Shown here piece after piece: positions 1-14,730 of a stretch of 64,000 bases of DNA (position 1 is the first letter of the stretch; every line of letters starts with the position of its first letter). The stretch lies in NCBI GenBank assembly GCA_951406725.2, contig OX597815.1, positions 112,468,001-112,532,000 of the forward strand, in the 5' to 3' direction. Source of the stretch: Octopus vulgaris. Taxonomy: Eukaryota. The notes below the pieces were generated by a model. It was not told where the DNA came from. It did not search any database and saw nothing but the letters and a program-made list of their open reading frames with translations. The position numbers were made by a program, and so were the translations under genes.

Positions 1-86
1 GACAAAACAATGTACATGATAACACTTCCAATCAGTTAAGATCAGAAGCCATGAGAGCCACTGCCTGGTACTGCATCAGGGCATTT
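1..86 (+). repeat. End of a dispersed non-coding repeat that abuts (ATT)n; the same family occurs reversed at 29815-30565
   Basis: The reverse complement of 1-86 (aaatgccctgatgcagtaccaggcagtggctctcatggcttctgatcttaactga...) aligns with 29815-29900. Both copies abut TAA/ATT tracts. Confidence 0.75.
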
Positions 87-116
87 ATTATTATTATTAT
101 TATTATTATTAGGGGC

Positions 117-176
<60 letters not shown>
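85..176. repeat. (ATT)n microsatellite
   Basis: Direct reading; interrupted by a short re-copy of ggcattt. Confidence 0.95.
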
Positions 177-177
<1 letters not shown>

Positions 178-179
178 TT

Positions 180-2765
180 CATTAGCGCCATCTTTCAGTT
201 CTGTTTCTATTTATTGTCGAGTGTCTTCCTGACACCTTGGACAGAGAAACTTATTGTAGACATTGGTAAGCCAGAAAGAAAGGAAAAACTAAAAAATTGA
301 AAGTAAACAAATAACATAAAGGGGGGGAAAAGGAAAGGACATTCTCAGTGACAATACTGTTCTTAATACATGTGACGTACCTGTTAAGACAATCTTTTGC
401 ACTTCTTGCATGGACGGTAAGCAAGGAATCATTCTTAAATAATTTTCAGTTCCTTTTTTGATCATTCCAAGTGCTCCTACAATTACTGGTATTGTAACCG
501 TCTTGAGATGCACATCTTTTCGATATCGATTAGCAAAATATTTTGCCGAGATGTTATGGTGACAGGGTATGCTCATGTCCATCAGTAAAGAGATTTTATT
601 GCTTTTGTCTTGCACAATAATATCTGGCTTATTTGCCTTAATGCTCCAGTCTGTACATACTGGGATGTCCGAAAGAATAGCTACGTCTTTTCCCTCAGTT
701 ACAGCCTCAGGGTGGTGCTTGTAACTTTTGTCAGCAGTTCTGATTTTATAATGCCGACACATTATCCAGTATAAATATTGGCCAACGCTGTCATGTTTTG
801 ATTTGTACTCTACAGGTGCTAAAACCTTACTTCCAGAGATTAGGTGGTCCACTGTTTTTATACCATCGTTGTAGTATCAGCAATTTGGGTCTACACCATT
901 TTCCATCACATTAGCTCGATAGTTACGGGTCAATAAGCCCTGATCTTCACTCCCGGTCTTTAGTCCTGAGCTCCATAGCCACTTATGGGTGTGCTTCTAG
1001 TCTACATCAGCTTGTTTGCTACGGGCCACATATTTGCTGCGCAGAGGTTTTTGTTCTCTCCTACCAGCCAATTGTTCAAGCTTATTTTGCTTTGATATTG
1101 ATTTCACCCTCTTTCTAACTACAGTTGCAGCACTTCTCTCAAGCTCTTCAACCTAAGTATTATGCATAATCTCACTTGAAACTGCTTTGCACTCCTTCAT
1201 TACAGAATGAAGCTTCTTATGTCTTTCATGGTTGTCAACGAGCTTTAGCATCCAGTCGTTAAATGTTTCAAGATATTCTGCCAGTCAAATTGTGGTTGTT
1301 TTGTTGGAGATTTCACATTGGATCAAGCCATGACCTCCTTGAGCTCTTGGTAGGTAAGGACGATTTGCGTCTGTCTTTGGTTGGTGCAGCTTATTGTAAG
1401 TCAGCATCTTACGGATTTTCCTGCCAATCTCCTTATTTTGCTCATATTCCAGTTCAATACATCGAAACTGTAAGGATTTTTGTAGCTAACACCTTGTTAC
1501 GTGAATTCAACTCGGATTTTAGGACTGCTTGAATAGCCCTGTAGCACTTCTTCGTGATATTCTTTTCCATACTTGCATGTTGAATGACAGAGCTCTTATT
1601 TATTTCGAGGTATTTGTAAGTTTGTTCCTGCTCGAGTTGTTCTTTTATGACTGTATCAACATCTAACACCACTGAATGTGAGGTCTTCAGTTTCCCTTTC
1701 TGGAAAGTGGCCTTAGTACATTTATCAAGACCAGTACGTAGTAGCCTTCAAGTTCATAATCGTCTTTACCATAGCGTTTTAAGTCATCCATATAAAATAG
1801 TTAACTTTTCTTGTCGCTAATTTTATATCCATACCCCTATTCTGTTGTTAAGTTCACTTGCAAAGGGTATTAGGTCTATGCAGAAAATTAAAGGTGAAAT
1901 TGAGTCACCTTGGGAAATACCGGAGTTAATATTAATATTTTTGTGGTCACTAATCCATTGGAGTAGTATAATTAGAGATTCGTATTACATTGACATGTTC
2001 TGCTTCAGAGAGTTTGAAATCACAAGAGAAATTTTTAAGATATCCAGTCATTTCAAGATCCAAGAATGTGGTATGGTGTCGAAGGCCTCTTTATAATCAA
2101 TCCATGCAGAACTGATATTTTTGCGTTTTTTATAACAATTCTCAAGGATTATGCTATTCATCAAGAGTTGGACTCTGCATTGATATGAGCCTTATTGTCA
2201 CCCTTTTTGTTCAGTGGGGAAAATATCGTTCTGTTCCATAAATTTGTGTGTTTATCCACGAGGATGGATTTTAAAATCTTATACGTGGTAGATAGACATA
2301 TTATGGGCCGATAGTTTGGGGGAAATTTGGTTTCATTATTCTTCTGGAGTAGGTAAGTAATACCGCTTGCTAACCAATCAAGTGTTTCCTTAGGATCTGT
2401 CACAATTTCATTGAATAACTGGACTAGCTTTTTGTGTGCGCTCGGGAGAGAGGTGAGCCAGAAATTTGGCACCTTATCACGACTTCCACTCATGAGCCTT
2501 CGTGAGTGTCAATCTGAGGTCTCCGATTGTGATATCTTCCCATGTCTGATCTGGTAGGTGTTGGTAGGATCCTTCTGTGTCGAATCCAGTTTGCATTTCT
2601 ATTGAAAATCTTTTCATTACTCCAGATATTTTTCCAGAAGTTTTCAACATCTTCCAAGCCAGTGGGGTCTTCAACGGTTATTTTTCTCTTACCCTATTTC
2701 TCTATAGAATGTTTTCGCATTGGATGTGAACGCCTATTTTCTCTTTCCATCTGTTCAAATCTTTA
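180..2765 (-). mobile_element. R4/Dong-clade non-LTR retrotransposon, copy A (RT plus RLE), 5'-truncated and frameshifted
   Basis: RT motifs DKVPNFWL, NYRPIICLSTTYKIL, WIDYKEAFDTIPHSWI, QGDSISPL and YMDD. C-terminal HLISGS..EYKSKHD, then KPDIIVQDK..LMDMSIP (PD..D RLE) and IPVIVGALGMI. The 3' end faces (ATT)n. Confidence 0.9.
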
Positions 2766-2769
2766 TGGA

Positions 2770-4970
2770 TATTCTCGAATAACTACTGGGATATATTTTA
2801 CGTTCATTTTCATAGTCTCTGTAATTCAATAGCTAGGTCCTGGTACTTTGCTATTTTGTCTATACCATTGATATCAATGTTTTCATCTTTGGGACTGTAA
2901 AGTCAATTATCTGGCATTTTCTAATCTCTTTATCTGCTACTATTAAATCAGACCCTCTAGCTTCTTTCAGTCTGAATGTTAAAGTCCCACAACACTTTAT
3001 ATTACTTACTTTCTAGTATTTACTAGGTTCATGTTCATACCATTTATCAGTATGTTCAAATCCCAACTTTCTACATAACTACTAGTGGATTACTCTTCCT
3101 AGATTTCATGCCTTTTCTTCTATTCCTTCAGTGCCAGCATGCTACATTCACTTACCATATTAATAACACTCTCCTCTTTTGATTTGCATAGCCTGCATTA
3201 GGAATCTGCTTGATTTTTGTTTGTCTTGTATTCATCCAATTAGTCCTTAATGCTTGATCTTGTGCTGCTATAGGCGCAGGAGTGGCAGTGTGGTAAGTAG
3301 CTTGGTTACCAACCACATGGTTCCAGGTTCAGTCCCACTGCGTGGCACCTTGGGCTAGTGTCTTCTACTATAGCTTCGGGCCGACCAAAGCCTTGTGAGT
3401 GGATTTGGTAGACGGAAACTGAAAGAAGCCTGTCGTATATATGTATATATATATTTGTGTGTGTGTATATGTTTGTGTGTCTGTGTGTCCCCCAACATCG
3501 CCTGACAACCGATGCTGGTGTGTTTATGTCCCCGTCACCTAGCGGTTCGGCAAAAGAGACCGATAGAATAAGTACTGGGCTTACAAAGAATAAGTCCCTG
3601 GGTCGATTTGCTCGACTAAAGGCTGTGCTCCAGCATGGCCACAGTCAAATGACTGAAACAAGTAAAAAACAAAAAAAAGAGTATTAACATACTTTCTGTC
3701 TCCCTTTTCAACCTTTCTTTCTGCAAGCATAACCATGTCTCACTACAACTAATTTCTGCAACTATCTCTGAGAATCTACCAAGCAAACCTTTTTCATGCC
3801 AGTCAGATAACTTTCGTTTCTTTTTCTGGTTTTTAACTTCGATTGGCTTTTTGGTTTCCCTATGTTTTGTGAATAATCTTTCTTCAATATCATCTACATA
3901 GGAGTCTATATATTCTCTAGCTAACTCCACGCAGTGTTCTACTGATATTAACTCTCTTCCGCCTTCTTAGTACACCTGCTCTTGGTAGGAGTCCTACATT
4001 CATATTGAATCCCTTTCTAGTTCTGTCTAGCTTCGCTAATTCAGTTTTTGTCAAATCTGCAAAAGCTACTGAGTATCTAAGTAATGATACTGTGCAAGTG
4101 TTTACAGCCTTCACTATCTTCGGCATTGACTTCATATAGCTTTGGATTCATTCGCTTCTCACCCTTCTCATGTACGCCTCAATTTACGTTTTCATTTCTG
4201 TAGTTAGTACTCTGTCGGATTCTAATACTCCTAGATACTTATAACTCTCTCCTTCTTTCAGTGATGTTAATGTCTGGTCATAGTGAATATCTGCCTTCAC
4301 TATCGGTTACTTGTCCCATTTTTATTACTAACATTGCACATTTTTCTATGCCAAATTCCAAGCCTAATTCTTTGCTAAAGAGTCTTACAGTTTTTAAGGA
4401 ATCTATCTCTTTTTTCATTCTTACTAAAAAGCTTCAGATCATTCATGTAGAGAAAATGGCTAATTTTTTCCCATAATGTTTTTGAACTGATACCCTGCCT
4501 TTGCTTCCCTTGATACTAAACCGAGGGGGATCAAACGTAAGACAAATATCAAAGGAGATTACGAATACCCTCGGAAAATTACTCTATTGATATTAACTTT
4601 TCCTAAGACTGTGTCATCTGAGTAGAGATCTACTTTACATTTCTTCTTGTTAAAGCTAATGAATTCTCACATATTGTCTGCTACACTAAATATATTCAAA
4701 CATTCACTTATCCATGAGTGTAGGATCATGTCATAGGCTTTCCTATAATCAATCTATGCTCTTGTTAGACTTTTGATTCTAGTTTTTACTTCATGTAGAA
4801 CTGCTTTGTCTATGTATAATAGACCATACTTTACTCTCGCTTTCTCCTTGCAACCTTTCTGTTCTTCTAGCAGTAAATTCTGGTTTTCAAGGTTCTCGTA
4901 AATGCTTTCAGAAAGTATTCCTTTCAACAGCTTTCACACTAATATTAAGAAAGTGACTGCTAGCTGTATT
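2770..4970 (-). mobile_element. R4/Dong-clade LINE, copy C (RT to RLE), interrupted by a SINE
   Basis: EEQKGC, IDYRKAYDM.LHSWI, YKYLGVLE, ETESMLI|AAQDQALRTN, CRLCKSKEESV..SEC, WYEHEP, LWDFNIQT, QIIDFTVP and KYQDLAIEL, spread across stops and frameshifts. Confidence 0.88.
3272..3681 (+). mobile_element. tRNA-derived SINE (CORE-like body) inserted in LINE copy C
   Basis: A-box-like TGGCAGTGTGG, B-box-like GGTTCAGTCC, ggcaccttgggctagtgtcttct body and A-rich tail. It splits the LINE codons M-L-I|A-A-Q with a short TAT duplication. Confidence 0.85.
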
Positions 4971-4974
4971 GCCT

Positions 4975-7015
4975 TTGCTTTTGTATTATTAATATTATTG
5001 CCTGGACAGGTTGACATTTTGATGGTGGCTTTTGAATACATACCCAGCTTTTGCTTTCCTCAGAATCTGTGTCAGTGGCATCAAGCACGGTACAACGATC
5101 AGTGGGGACAGGCAGTCCCCTTGGAAGTTGCCCCTCCTAAATTCTACTATCCGTAAACTTCTTCCGTATGCTGTCAGGTCCGTCCTCAAATTCACCATAC
5201 TTTTTGCAAGTAATCGCTCCACATTCGATGCCATACCAAATAGGTTCATACACTCCATAATCCAAGAATGTGGGCTCATATCGTACGTCTTACGATAGTC
5301 AATCCATGACATGGCTAATTTACTTTTCCTCCTCTTGCAGTCACTGAGAGCACTTTTGTCTATCAGGAGTTGATCCTTGGTACCTCTGCACTTACGCTTG
5401 CAACCCTTCTGCTCATGTCGCAGGACTCCATTTTTTCCAGATGTTCATACATTGAATCTGCGGGTATTGCAATCAATAACTTCCACGTAAGTGGTAAACA
5501 GGATATCAGCCTGTAATTGTCTGTCGTATTGTTTTTCAGGCACAGCGCTGTACTACCCAATGCTAACCAATCTAGTGTTACTTAGTCGGCATTTAACCTT
5601 AAACTCCATCTGGTCCCGGGGCCTTCCAGATGCTCATTTCTTTTGTTTATTTCCTTCACTTCCCTAACTGAAATGACTAGTTCTGTCTGTTTTGGACAGA
5701 CTACAGTTTGTTTCAGTTCTTGCAACCATTCAAGCATCCTTCTTGTGTTCCTTGACTTTGATCCAGATGTCACTGCAAAACGTTTAACTTTCAATATTAT
5801 CTGGTATCAACTTTTCATTTGTACACTCTCCATTTATTTGTTTATAGAATCTCTTCTGATCTACTCTGAATAACACATTCTGGTGGTAACCCTTCATTCA
5901 TTGGTCGTATTTTATCATCTTTGCTTTCTTTTCCTACGATGCGCTGTTTCAGTTCCTCCATTACTACTTTTTCAAGCCCTTTCTTTCAATATTATACTTC
6001 CTTTTCGGCGTTTGTTTTTTATTTTTGTTCGCTTTTAAGCTCCCCCTTCTCTTTTCTGTCTAACACAGAGATTTCTTTCGAAAGCATGACTAACACTGCC
6101 TGGATTCTTCTTTTCCGCAATGGATTTTTTCTTTGTCACTCCCATTATGTTTCTTTTTCTTGACATCGACACCCACATTTCTGCTACAACAATACTTTCT
6201 GCCTTAATCAGATTATTTGTGTCTCTGATGTTGTTTGTTCTGATGTATTTCACAATACCATTGACATTTTCGTGCCTTGGTTCAATTTCCATCGATCAAC
6301 GTTTCTAAGTTTGCAAATAATGTCACTATCGTCCTCCTGTAGTCTTACTTTTATTTTGTCGTAGATAGCTTTTTGCTCAGCTGCCATGTCGCCATTAGTT
6401 TTATTGTCTTCTTCTAGATCATCTATGTCTCTCATCAAGTAAACTACCTCTGCTCCTTTCCTGTGATATGAGATTACTCTTATTTGTAGGAACTGTATTT
6501 TCATTGTAATCTCTGCTGCTATTTTCCTTGACCCGTTTTTTGACAGCTTCGAGCTCTATTTCTGTGAACTAACAATTTTTCTTATTGCTCTAGCTTTATC
6601 ACATAGACTCTGTTCCGTGAGTCGAAACTATCCCTTTTCTCTCCAATGGTCATACATATGTTGTCGGTAAACCCTAATTTGAGCACCATTTTCATCTACT
6701 GGGCTGCTCAGGTAGTAACATTTCATGACCACGGCAATAACTTGCTTGCTCCATTTACGTCGTGTGTGGTGGTCCCTTTCTGGATATCGACAGGCTCGAG
6801 GCGTAACAGAATCTCTCAGCCTACCGTGTGTAATACTGTCACCATCACTGTCTTCCATGTCATTAACATTGTTATTCACAATATTTTGTTTTTTCATTGT
6901 CCCTCATATGAGGGAGCGATTATTAGGTTGCGGAATTACCAGTGTTTTATTGTGACACCATCACTAGATGTATAATTAATCAGCTCATGAGGTGGGGGAG
7001 GCTCCACCCATTTCC
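4975..7015 (-). mobile_element. R4/Dong-clade LINE, copy B (5' end to mid-RT), 3'-truncated
   Basis: N-terminal RRKWS..VMKCYYLSSP...YRQHMYDHWREKG typical of this clade. RT motifs [38 protein letters not shown] and FQGDCLSPL. The 5' end abuts (ATT)n at ~7020. Confidence 0.88.
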
Positions 7016-7639
7016 TTTCATTATAATTATTATTATTATTATTATCATCACTGATATTATTGTTGTTATATGTAGTAGTAGCAGCAGTGGTTGCAGCAAC
7101 AGCAACAGTAGCAGGGGTGGTGTCGTGATAAGGGTGGTAGTTGGCCCTCAGATTCGTGTGCTATCATAATAGTAGTAGTTGTAGTATTATTGTAGTATTA
7201 GTAGTATTTAGTGTCAGCAGCTGCAGCATATTATTGTTATTTTATTTTTTCCCATTATCACCATCACCACCACTACCAGTGTTGGAGGAAATAGTTGGGC
7301 AGCTGTTTGATAAATAGATCACATTCTACAGATCTATAAATAGATTCGGCAGATGGTGGAGAGATCAGCTATAGAGACAAAAGAATCTTCGCACCCTTTG
7401 AGTCAGTTGAGGCGAAATGTATTTACCTCTACCAGTGGCCGCGAAGAGCGCTGCCTTGAAAAGAAGCAATTCAACCTGTTCTATTTGTAATTACGAGTAG
7501 AAAAAACAATAACAATATATATATATAGGCACACACACACATACACACACATACCCCCCACACACATCCCCCACACACACACATACATATATATATATAT
7601 ACTGATATTCACGTTGTTGAGTTTTTGAATTCCTGATTT

Positions 7640-8670
7640 CAATTGTGTTGTTGCAATAAAAGGTGTGTTTACGTATTTGGGTAATATATTAAAATTCTAT
7701 GTTTTCTTGAGATGTTCGTTTGTTTGTCCAGTTGGAGACTACAGTAGGACTTTTGTAATTAAAAGGATGTTTACATTTTCGAATATTCAGGGAAAGTCAA
7801 AAAGAAAAGATAACAAGTTGTAGATACTAAAGTTTTAAGATTTACTAAATATGGTCTTTTGTATGACCGCACAGCGAGAAATGGTAGCGTTCTTAGAATA
7901 AAAAGGAGGATCGCTTGTGTGTACGAAAGCTGTAGGTATGTAAGTTTCCTAACTTATTTAATATTGAGGGAGAGTTAAAATAATCACAGGAAATTGTAGA
8001 TATTCCAGTATTTGTGAAAAGTAACAGGAAGAGATGTTCGCCTTGTTAGAATTTTGAATTTCTGAATTTCTATTTCTTTTGGAATGTTTCTCTTCTTTTT
8101 AAAAGCTATGCTGTGGTTTACAATTTTTGTAGTTGTGCTGTATGTATATATTGGTAGGTGCTTTCTTCCTTAATTTTTTATCGTGCATTTAATTGTGTTG
8201 TTACGATAAAAGTCATGTTTACTTATTCTGTTAGTCATGAAAGAAGTGAAGACAAAGTGTTCAAACAAAATTGGGGATATTAAAGTGTCTAAATGTTTTG
8301 AGGTGTTCGTTTGTATGTCAGTTCAGAGAATACTGATGTTTTTTACCTTTTACATTAAAAAGGATGCTTACATTTACGAATATTCAGTGGAAAAGGAACC
8401 AAAAGAAAAGGGAGGTAAATTTTTTTCCACAGAGAATCTTAGATATGAATTTTTAAAAAATTTATTGGAGATGATGTTTTGTCTGTCCAAACAGAGAAAA
8501 GAAGATATTTCCATTTTCGAAAATGGGGAAAAGAAAAAATTATAGGTATTCACAGAAGGTGTAGATATTAAAGCTGATTGTTTATGTGTTCGAAAGCTGT
8601 AGATATGTAAGTTCCTTAACATATTTTGAGGGAAATTCAAAATACTCACAGAAAACTGTAGATATTCCAG
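7640..8670. repeat. Diverged direct duplication (two units, ~7640-8030 and ~8190-8670)
   Basis: Colinear shared blocks aattgtgttgtt, gttcgtttgt, aaaaggatg.ttacattt.cgaatattcag, cgaaagctgtag.tatgtaagtt and tgtagatattccagt. Confidence 0.75.
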
Positions 8671-8764
8671 TCTTTTAGAGTTATTTTTCGGTTGTCCTGC
8701 TGGGTTGCATTAGTGTTTCTATGTCTTCAGCTGCTTTTGTATCATCATCATCATCATTATGTAT

Positions 8765-8965
8765 AATAGATCATACGTTATTCAGTAGTCTTATTTTTAT
8801 AACGTGCTTTCACTGCACTAACGAGCGCCGCTCTGTGTGCCTTGCATATGTATTGCGGTTTGCTGTGATGCTCTTATGGTTACTGTGTTGAAAGTGTTTT
8901 ACGTAGGATGTGCTATTTTCTGTATATTGTATATATTTGTTTGTCCAGCTGTTTTTTTTTATGTA
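8765..8965 (-). mobile_element. Short 3' end of an RLE-type (Dong-like) LINE
   Basis: The minus strand reads TNIYNIQKIAHILRKTLSTQ*, matching the C-terminus of copy A (VQKIVLTGTSHVLRTVLS), then a 3'UTR toward (ATC)n. Confidence 0.6.
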
Positions 8966-8966
8966 T

Positions 8967-11003
<2,037 letters not shown>

Positions 11004-11046
11004 GCATGCTCTATGTCAGTATTAGTGATTTTTTCTTTGCTTCCAG

Positions 11047-11113
11047 GACCTGTGAAACTGGACATGAAAGTGGAACTTACACACTCCCTGTACCTGAATC
11101 AATGCATGTGTAG
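11047..11113 (+). other. Candidate terminal coding exon (phase 2): TCETGHESGTYTLPVPESMHV*
   Basis: Strong acceptor ttttttctttgcttccag|G, non-repetitive composition, and AATAAA at ~11656. No homology recognised. Confidence 0.25.
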
Positions 11114-11308
11114 CGTAAAACTTACCTTAAAATCATTGGCTCTTATGTTAGTTTTCTGTATTCTAATACCATCGGTTGCGAAATGGTATCTCTATAGAAA
11201 ATGGACTATTCAAAGTAGCCAGTATGTGAGATTTAGGGAGTTAACACACCTGCTGGTAAACGTCGTCACTGAACTATCAATTCATAAAACTGTCGACTAT
11301 TTGGAACT

Positions 11309-11574
11309 TGTGGAGGCGCGTGGTTTAGTGGTTAGGGTGTCAGCACCATGATCGTATGATTGTGGTTTCGATTCTTGAACCGGGCGGCGAATTGTGTTCT
11401 TGAGCAAAACACTTCATATCACGTTGCTGGAGTCCACTCAGCTGGCAAACATGAATAACGCTGCGATGGACCGGCGTCCCGTCCTGCTGAGGAACACATA
11501 CGCTATTGAAACAGGGAAACCGGGCCCATGAGCCTGATTATGCTTTAAAAGGGCGCATTTATTAGGGTTTTTTT
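11309..11574 (+). mobile_element. tRNA-derived SINE with V/Meta-like domain, 11-bp TSD
   Basis: TGGTTTAGTGG A-box, GGTTTCGATTC B-box, and gctgcgatggaccggcgtcccgtcc domain. TSD tatttggaact at 11298-11308 and 11575-11585. Confidence 0.82.
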
Positions 11575-12846
11575 TATTTGGAACTAAGATACTGTCGCAT
11601 CTACAATATGAGGCATTTCATGGAATTATCTAGCGTAGTTGCATAACAGAGCATCAATAAAACACTGACTGACTAAAGGAAACACAAATACTAACACCAA
11701 AAAATATCGTTTAATTTCTTTATTTGAGTATGGGAGTGCAATCTGTGCCTACAAAATGTTAAGTAATGTAAATCTAAATAAATATGTTATTTACATCTAT
11801 ATTCAGAGTCATATACATACATATATATGTACATATATATGTACATATATATGCATACACATAAGGCGAATTTGCAGAAGAGTTAAAGTGCCGATCGTGA
11901 TGCATTTTGGAATGTTTACGAATATTGTGTTCAAATTCTACTCCATGACCAAAAGGTAGTGTCATTTCTTCCAAGGTATGTGAATGACATATAATACCAC
12001 CAATTTGAAAACCCAACAGGAACATCTTTTTCGTCCGAACGAAAAGGTGACTGCATCTACCACATGTGTGGATGCATGCATGCCTGCCTGTATATCCAAA
12101 AGAATACCTAGACTGCACAACTGGATACAAAGTCGCCTATGTTAAATTAGGGTTTTGCTTCTACGAAAGTTCTTTTTGAGAAAATGCAGACATTTTTAGA
12201 GAGTGGTACTATCCCTGTCGTAGACATTTTCTCAATTTAAAAAAGGTGCAAGCACGGGCATCGCTGATTTTTAAGCTCTCCAATATGCTACATTGACGTA
12301 AAACTTGCCAATATACGTTACATAGCCACAAAAACGCAAAACATTCAAAGAATATTTTTATGCTGGAATGAAGATATATGTCAGCCTGAGTGGTAATTCT
12401 CAGAAAACTTGCTGCAAAAGGCGTCCATCATTGCCATATCCGTGCTAATTTAAGAATGGAATCAAGCAACAGAATTACTCGAAATCAAGTTGTAACCATT
12501 GTGTATGTATGTGTGAATGAATTCATATCGGTATAACTATATACAGAGTGGTGAAATTTTGCATTACTCTATTACCATCTATTTCTATCTATTTTTTAAA
12601 AAATATTTATTGAATCACCTGCATGAAGTCTGTACTTTTATAATAATATTGTAAAGATTCAACGTTCAGGTTTAATACGTAATACATATAGCAGTATGCA
12701 TTACCTATATAACTTATGAAATAGTGTCATCTATACTTAGGACTTACGAATTCAATACAAAGCCCTCAAATCTATTCATTTTCAATATCTGGGCACAGAA
12801 ACACCTGATTTGTGCGTGTTAAATAAACATTGAAACTAAGTTGTGC

Positions 12847-12889
<43 letters not shown>

Positions 12890-12891
<2 letters not shown>

Positions 12892-13045
12892 TCTCTTTGT
12901 TTCTTCCTGTGTTCCTTCTTGAGGAAGAGCGTAAGCTCGAAACGTTAAAGACTTTTTCACTTCCCGAGCGTTATACTAATACAATTTTTTTGTCTACACC
13001 ACCTGTCTTCGTCTTTTGTTGTTTATTTTGTGAATTCTCCCGCTA
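12890..13045 (+). mobile_element. Short Penelope pLTR-like module between (TA)n tracts, with a degenerate hammerhead-like motif
   Basis: gagc-gtaa-gctc hairpin followed by GAAACGTTA; the upstream core is degenerate (tgaggaaga). Confidence 0.4.
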
Positions 13046-13496
13046 TATATATAGGAATATAGTCATATACTGATACAGATATATAAATTGAATGAAAAAC
13101 TGTGTTGTAGTTTCATGAAGCAAACCGCAAGAAATTCTTAAGAACATAAGAAGAGAGAAAAACTTCGTAAAGCATAAAATTAGATCATCCTTATGTATAT
13201 AAATAAATGTATTTGTTTACATATGTTTGTGGAGAAGTACAATTATAGTGGATTTGTAAAATATTTGTTGACATGATATTCGTTAATCTTAATCAGGCTT
13301 TGTATATTACGAAGCTGGGTTTAACAGAGATGGAGATCTCCGTATTTGTCAAGATGTTTATAGACGTAGGTAGAATGCATTATTTTCGATTAGATATACT
13401 ATCCGATACTAACTCGAAAAACCAAAGAAATGTAAAGAGGAAATGTCTACAAGCAAAATGCTTAAAGTTTTCTGTATAGCATCGTTCTGACAGTTC

Positions 13497-13570
<74 letters not shown>

Positions 13571-13824
13571 GATGAATTATTGAAATTACAATAATAAATT
13601 TCCGGATGAATAATTCGATCTCCAGGCTGGATATTTTTGTGTAAGCTCGTGTTTTGTAATTAAATGTTTCGTGCTAGAATATGTTCATTCATTTCTGCTT
13701 ACATCGAAAGAGTATTCCTAATTTCTAAATGTAGATTTTTTAATGTCTTTACTATCTACGACACTATGCCTTGTATATTTTTCAGTGGCTAGATATACTT
13801 ACATATGTAATTATATATTAAACT

Positions 13825-13975
13825 ACGTTTTGAGTTCAAATTCCACCAAGGTCGAATTTGCCATTCATTCTTTCGATCGTAATAATATACGTACGAGTTG
13901 AGCACTGGGTGCGATGTAATCGAGTAGACTCCTTCGTCCAAATTTCAGGCCTTATGTCTAATGTACGTAGAATAA
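13825..13975 (+). mobile_element. Decayed Nin/Deu-domain SINE
   Basis: gagttcaaattccaccaaggtcgaatttgccattcattc matches the intact copies. Confidence 0.7.
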
Positions 13976-14306
13976 TTATACATTAATGTAATAATATTTA
14001 ATATAATTGCTAGACGTATTCTTATAGCTAAGTTTTGCTTTATTTCTAAAAGTTCCTAAGTCAGATCTATCCCGGAGTGTATATACATATTAGTCAATAA
14101 GTCACCTCATGAGGATCAGAATCTAATAATTTAGAGACAATTTGCCGCATAATTACTCACGCCAACGAAGTAAGGATATAAATATGCACCACTTTTGTAC
14201 TGTGTCTTGTAAAGAGGTTTTAATAGTGAGCTGTTATCAGCTGTATGGATTTTTTGAGTATAGACTGATGTTTGTATTGCTGTTCTTTAAATGTTTGCAA
14301 TTTTAG

Positions 14307-14418
14307 AAAGGAACAGTTGAATGACATATTTGGTACCGCATTGGGGATGTGTAAGCGAGAAACGCTAGAGAGGTCAAGAGCAGAAAATGACAGTCTAATT
14401 AAGCGCCAGCTCGGATAA
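14307..14418 (+). other. Candidate terminal coding exon (phase 2): KEQLNDIFGTALGMCKRETLERSRAENDSLIKRQLG*
   Basis: ttttag| acceptor and 36 open codons of protein-like composition in AT-rich DNA. No family recognised. Confidence 0.25.
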
Positions 14419-14499
14419 ATTTCAATTCTAAACGGGAAAATAACGGATAGTGTATTGACCAAATATTGACAAAAAGATCTAAGAAAAATGCAGTTTCCA

Positions 14500-14536
14500 C
14501 CTACTACTACTACTACTACTATTACTACTACTACTA

Positions 14537-14597
<61 letters not shown>

Positions 14598-14598
14598 C

Positions 14599-14650
<52 letters not shown>

Positions 14651-14730
14651 GTAGTAGTAGTAGTAGTAGTAGTAGTTGTTGTTGTTCTTGTTTTTGTTGT
14701 TCTTGTTCTTGTTCTTGTTGCTGCTGTTGC
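14500..14730. repeat. (CTA/CCA)n switching to (GTA)n, then (GTT)n and (GTTCTT)n
   Basis: Direct reading. Confidence 0.95.

Noticed and set aside
3273-3345. tRNA genes (also at 11313, 37682 and 56985-57054)
   Set aside because: A/B boxes are present, but there is no complete cloverleaf and each continues into a SINE body.
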